A stretch of DNA of 62,395 nt, counting the filler, from Sphacelaria rigidula (lineage: Eukaryota), in NCBI GenBank assembly GCA_964200075.2. It is 8 parts of 8 records of this genome, joined end to end, with 100 filler letters (N's around TTAATTAATTAA, not from the genome) between each part and the next. Parts side by side here need not be neighbours in the genome. Positions count along the whole stretch, not along the records: positions 54,685 to 62,395 come from CAXNAA020013710.1; 7 more parts are not named here. One strand, written 5' to 3'. A program made the translations under genes and the position numbers. Numbering within the stretch: the first letter of the stretch is position 1; every line of letters begins with the position of its first letter. The notes under the pieces are model-generated. The model saw only the letters and a list, made by a program, of their open reading frames with translations, had not been told where the DNA came from and did not search any database. This document shows positions 60,436 to 62,395 of the stretch, one piece after another.

Positions 60436-62395
60436 ACAGTATAGCCGGCTGACAGTTCCAGGGGTTTCCGTCCGTGTGTTTGAGGGTGGTGTGTCCGAGT
60501 TCCCCGATCGTCAGATCGTGTTTCCGAGATCGCTCATGCGATATTATCGGGAAACGCTCAGGTCGGGCAGCAGGTCGGAAGGGGGGATGCAGTGGCTATT
60601 TCGACATTTTAAATTGGTGAGATGGTCCATTATGCTCCCTTACAAAGCACTCAATACCGGCTCCTGAAGGTGAAACTGTCTTTGCTTACTCATTTCAGCT
60701 ATATCCAACCATCATCAGCCATCGAAGCACGCACAAAGAAGATGAACTTTCTGCTCTCTGAGTAGTCTTTGTCCCCTGCCCACCCCCTTTCTCATTGTCA
60801 AGATTTGCGCACTGCTGAGGAGAACACTTAGAGCAGGGATATTTCGCGCAGAGTTTCCGCCAACCGGTTTTCGTGTTTGGACGTGTCATGCAGATCTGGT
60901 CGGGGCGTTGATGGGAAAAATTAAATGTGCAACGAGCTACGAAGACGACAAAATGAAATAAAAGATGCAGGTGAGGGTCGATTAAGCGCCATGCCAACAC
61001 AGTACTCTTGTTGGTGCCCATCCTTGAGACATAACACGGGCGCAGTAGCGTGGCGCAGACGAACATCTCATACCTTGAAGGAAGGGCAGCTGTGTGGATC
61101 AACTTGCAGCAACGCTCATTTCGGTGCTCTCTGTTTCAGGTGTCATTCATAACCAACAGTAATGCCGGCGTCAGGCCAGCACAGGGCTTTCGAAACAAAT
61201 ATCGTCATGACTTTCGGCTGTGAAACAAATGCAATCGATTCAGCAACGTCACGGCACCGCTTTCCCGATCCAAAAAAATTAATGTCGGCTCATAAATGAT
61301 GTATTGGTCTAGTGAACAACATGCTACTGGTTAAATGTTTTTGTCAGGTTCCCAAAACGAAACCACCAACCGCCCGCACACATTCACACTAGGAAATAGC
61401 ACCTTCTGGAAGCCGAACGATCCTGACGATCCCGAGGTGATAACCTAGAAAAACATTTGTATCATGTATGCAACCCACTGGTCTTCTAGAGCAAAGTTCA
61501 GCTGCTGGTCCCTTTTTTCGGCGCGGCAAGGCTCACATCCTTACACAGTGTAGACGGCAGTGTGTGATGCATCATCGACAGGGTCTGGAGTATCGGCGAC
61601 GGTTGCGGTTTTAGAACCCACAATTTTCACGTCTTCCGACGCTATTGGAGTGATCGTACGATAAAGGGAACGGTTGGGGGCGTTAAGCCAACTGCTGCAC
61701 GCAGCAGCCACTTCAAGACATCGCTGGAATCCGAGACATCCACATGGATGCGCTTGTTGTCGATAAAATTCTCGTCTTCAAATCACCCTTCCCCGCTTTC
61801 ACCTACGTAGAACGCCCATTATTAGTGTGTGTGAGGTCGTGCAACGTACTGGGACCCTATATTTTCGTGCGACCAAACACCCCCTCATATCGTGAAATGA
61901 TGATATTGCTACGGTATGCACAATGATGAGTACGCCACCCTATCGTAGGATCATTCATCGACGACACATATTACTCCGTGTCCGACGTTTCCGCCACTGT
62001 CGCCGAACCTTTCGACATTCGGGCCGATAGTTCCGACATTGTTATCAACACAACCGAGAGCATCGACCTGTCAGAACTGTCGAAATTGTCGGCACTGTCG
62101 ACGCTGTTGGCGACAGTTTCTGAGCTGCTGTCGAAGCTTCTCAAACTGTTGGAACCCGCGGCAACCTTTACAGGACTGTCGGCACGATCAGAAATTTTGC
62201 CACTCACGGTGCTATCGGCGGCTCGGTGTGAATCGTTGCGGCAACAAACGGAACTGTTGAATCGGTACCGCCCAACATTGGAAAGTGATGCTTTCATAAT
62301 AGCTATAAAAGCACTACCGTAATAACGCACGGAATGCCCCTATCCGAAGCCGTGATGCTTTTAAAATAGCTCTAAAAGCAGTACCGTTCACTCTC

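Noticed and set aside
61971-62330. Overlapping ORFs on both strands rich in Ser/Leu/Asp
   Set aside because: Explained by short CTGTCG/CGACAG repeats; no domain evidence.

Overview
Eukaryotic, intron-rich genomic DNA. Gene architecture and repeat style suggest a brown alga or related stramenopile (inference). The window is not one locus: it is eight contigs of 7713, 7712 (x5) and 7711 (x2) bp joined by artificial 100-nt spacers (N44-TTAATTAATTAA-N44), so adjacency across spacers means nothing. I rebuilt spliced genes by hand: a low-complexity protein with a 22-aa tandem repeat (contig 1), a complete 7-exon TPR gene with a probable GC-AG intron (contig 2), the 3' end of a threonyl-tRNA synthetase with a divergent anticodon-binding domain (contig 3), a phospholipid scramblase (contig 4), an intron-containing bacterial-type M23 metallopeptidase fused to a split PA domain (contig 5) and the start of an Elongin A-like gene (contig 6). 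Contig 7 holds a Ty3/Gypsy integrase pseudogene with a chromodomain and a second Tudor/PWWP-like domain. Non-autonomous DNA transposons, foldbacks and a tRNA-derived SINE fill much of the rest. The best leads are the M23-PA fusion, a ~135-bp repeat sitting just upstream of splice acceptors in three unrelated genes, and the dual-reader integrase. All domain calls come from motif recognition by eye; no database search was run.
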